From: an uncultured virus (IMG/VR IMGVR_UViG_3300046796_000566)
Lineage: Duplodnaviria > Heunggongvirae > Uroviricota > Caudoviricetes
Virus record (IMG/VR): IMGVR_UViG_3300046796_000566
Reading direction: 5' to 3' (one strand)
DNA length: 64,000 nucleotides
Position numbers and translations under genes: made by a program. Within the stretch, counting starts at the first letter, position 1. Each line of letters starts with the position of its first letter. A model generated the notes under the pieces. It saw only the letters and a program-made list of their open reading frames with translations. It ran no database searches and had not been told where the DNA came from. Shown here in pieces: positions 63,805 through 64,000 of the stretch.

Positions 63805-63989
63805 CAGTGTCTCGCTTTCGATGCGGCAAGTGCGAATCGCGCCTTCTTGCCCATCTTGCCCGGAGCACTTGCTTTTTCACGGGCAAACGACTGTGTCGAC
63901 TCTCCGGCCTTCTTCGCAGCGCGGCTGAAGGATCCGACTGTCCCCTTCTCCTTCATCTCCTCCGCCGCTTTTTGCATCCACTTCGCCAT
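63804..63989 (-). CDS. Small basic Lys/Ala-rich protein
   Basis: KWMQKA...KGTVGSF...GKMGKKARFA. Confidence 0.7.
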   Translation of the reverse strand: MAKWMQKAAEEMKEKGTVGSFSRAAKKAGESTQSFAREKASAPGKMGKKARFALAASKARH

Positions 63990-64000
63990 AAGGCCTCACT

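Noticed and set aside
1..64000. Integrated prophage or alternative genetic code
   Set aside because: No host genes, att site or integrase are visible, and genes are intact and tightly packed under the standard code.

Overview
This is about 64 kb of a tailed dsDNA bacteriophage genome with podovirus-like architecture: portal, capsid, adaptors, nozzle and ejection proteins, and no tape-measure or sheath gene. An Acidobacteria-like host is inferred only from weak protein-style cues. The left arm (minus strand, 1-18.7 kb) carries S/T/G-rich structural genes, a signal-peptide beta-helix protein, the portal, a terminase split into two genes, an HNH nuclease and an array of 33 tRNA genes covering all 20 amino acids. 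The middle (mostly plus strand, 19.2-44.4 kb) holds early small ORFs, Gp88-like, DUF932, ERF, PD-(D/E)XK, ParB-like, RusA and RRM genes, and a 7-gene glycosyltransferase/methyltransferase cluster. The right arm (minus strand, 44.4-64 kb) carries holin-like, ejection, fibre, nozzle, adaptor, capsid and scaffold genes. No integrase, DNA polymerase, reverse transcriptase or CRISPR array is visible. The most unusual signal is an extensive non-coding RNA layer: (1) a ~63-nt promoter/terminator-bounded sRNA antisense to the shared ribosome-binding site of the phage's own early genes; (2) a protein-plus-RNA module with a circularly permuted tRNA-like (Y RNA-like) domain and a defective tRNA; (3) a tRNA-scaffolded ~186-nt RNA; (4) a ~470-nt structured RNA behind a sigma54-type promoter; and (5) tRNAs with repeated non-canonical anticodon loops. 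All family assignments come from motif recognition by eye, not database searches.
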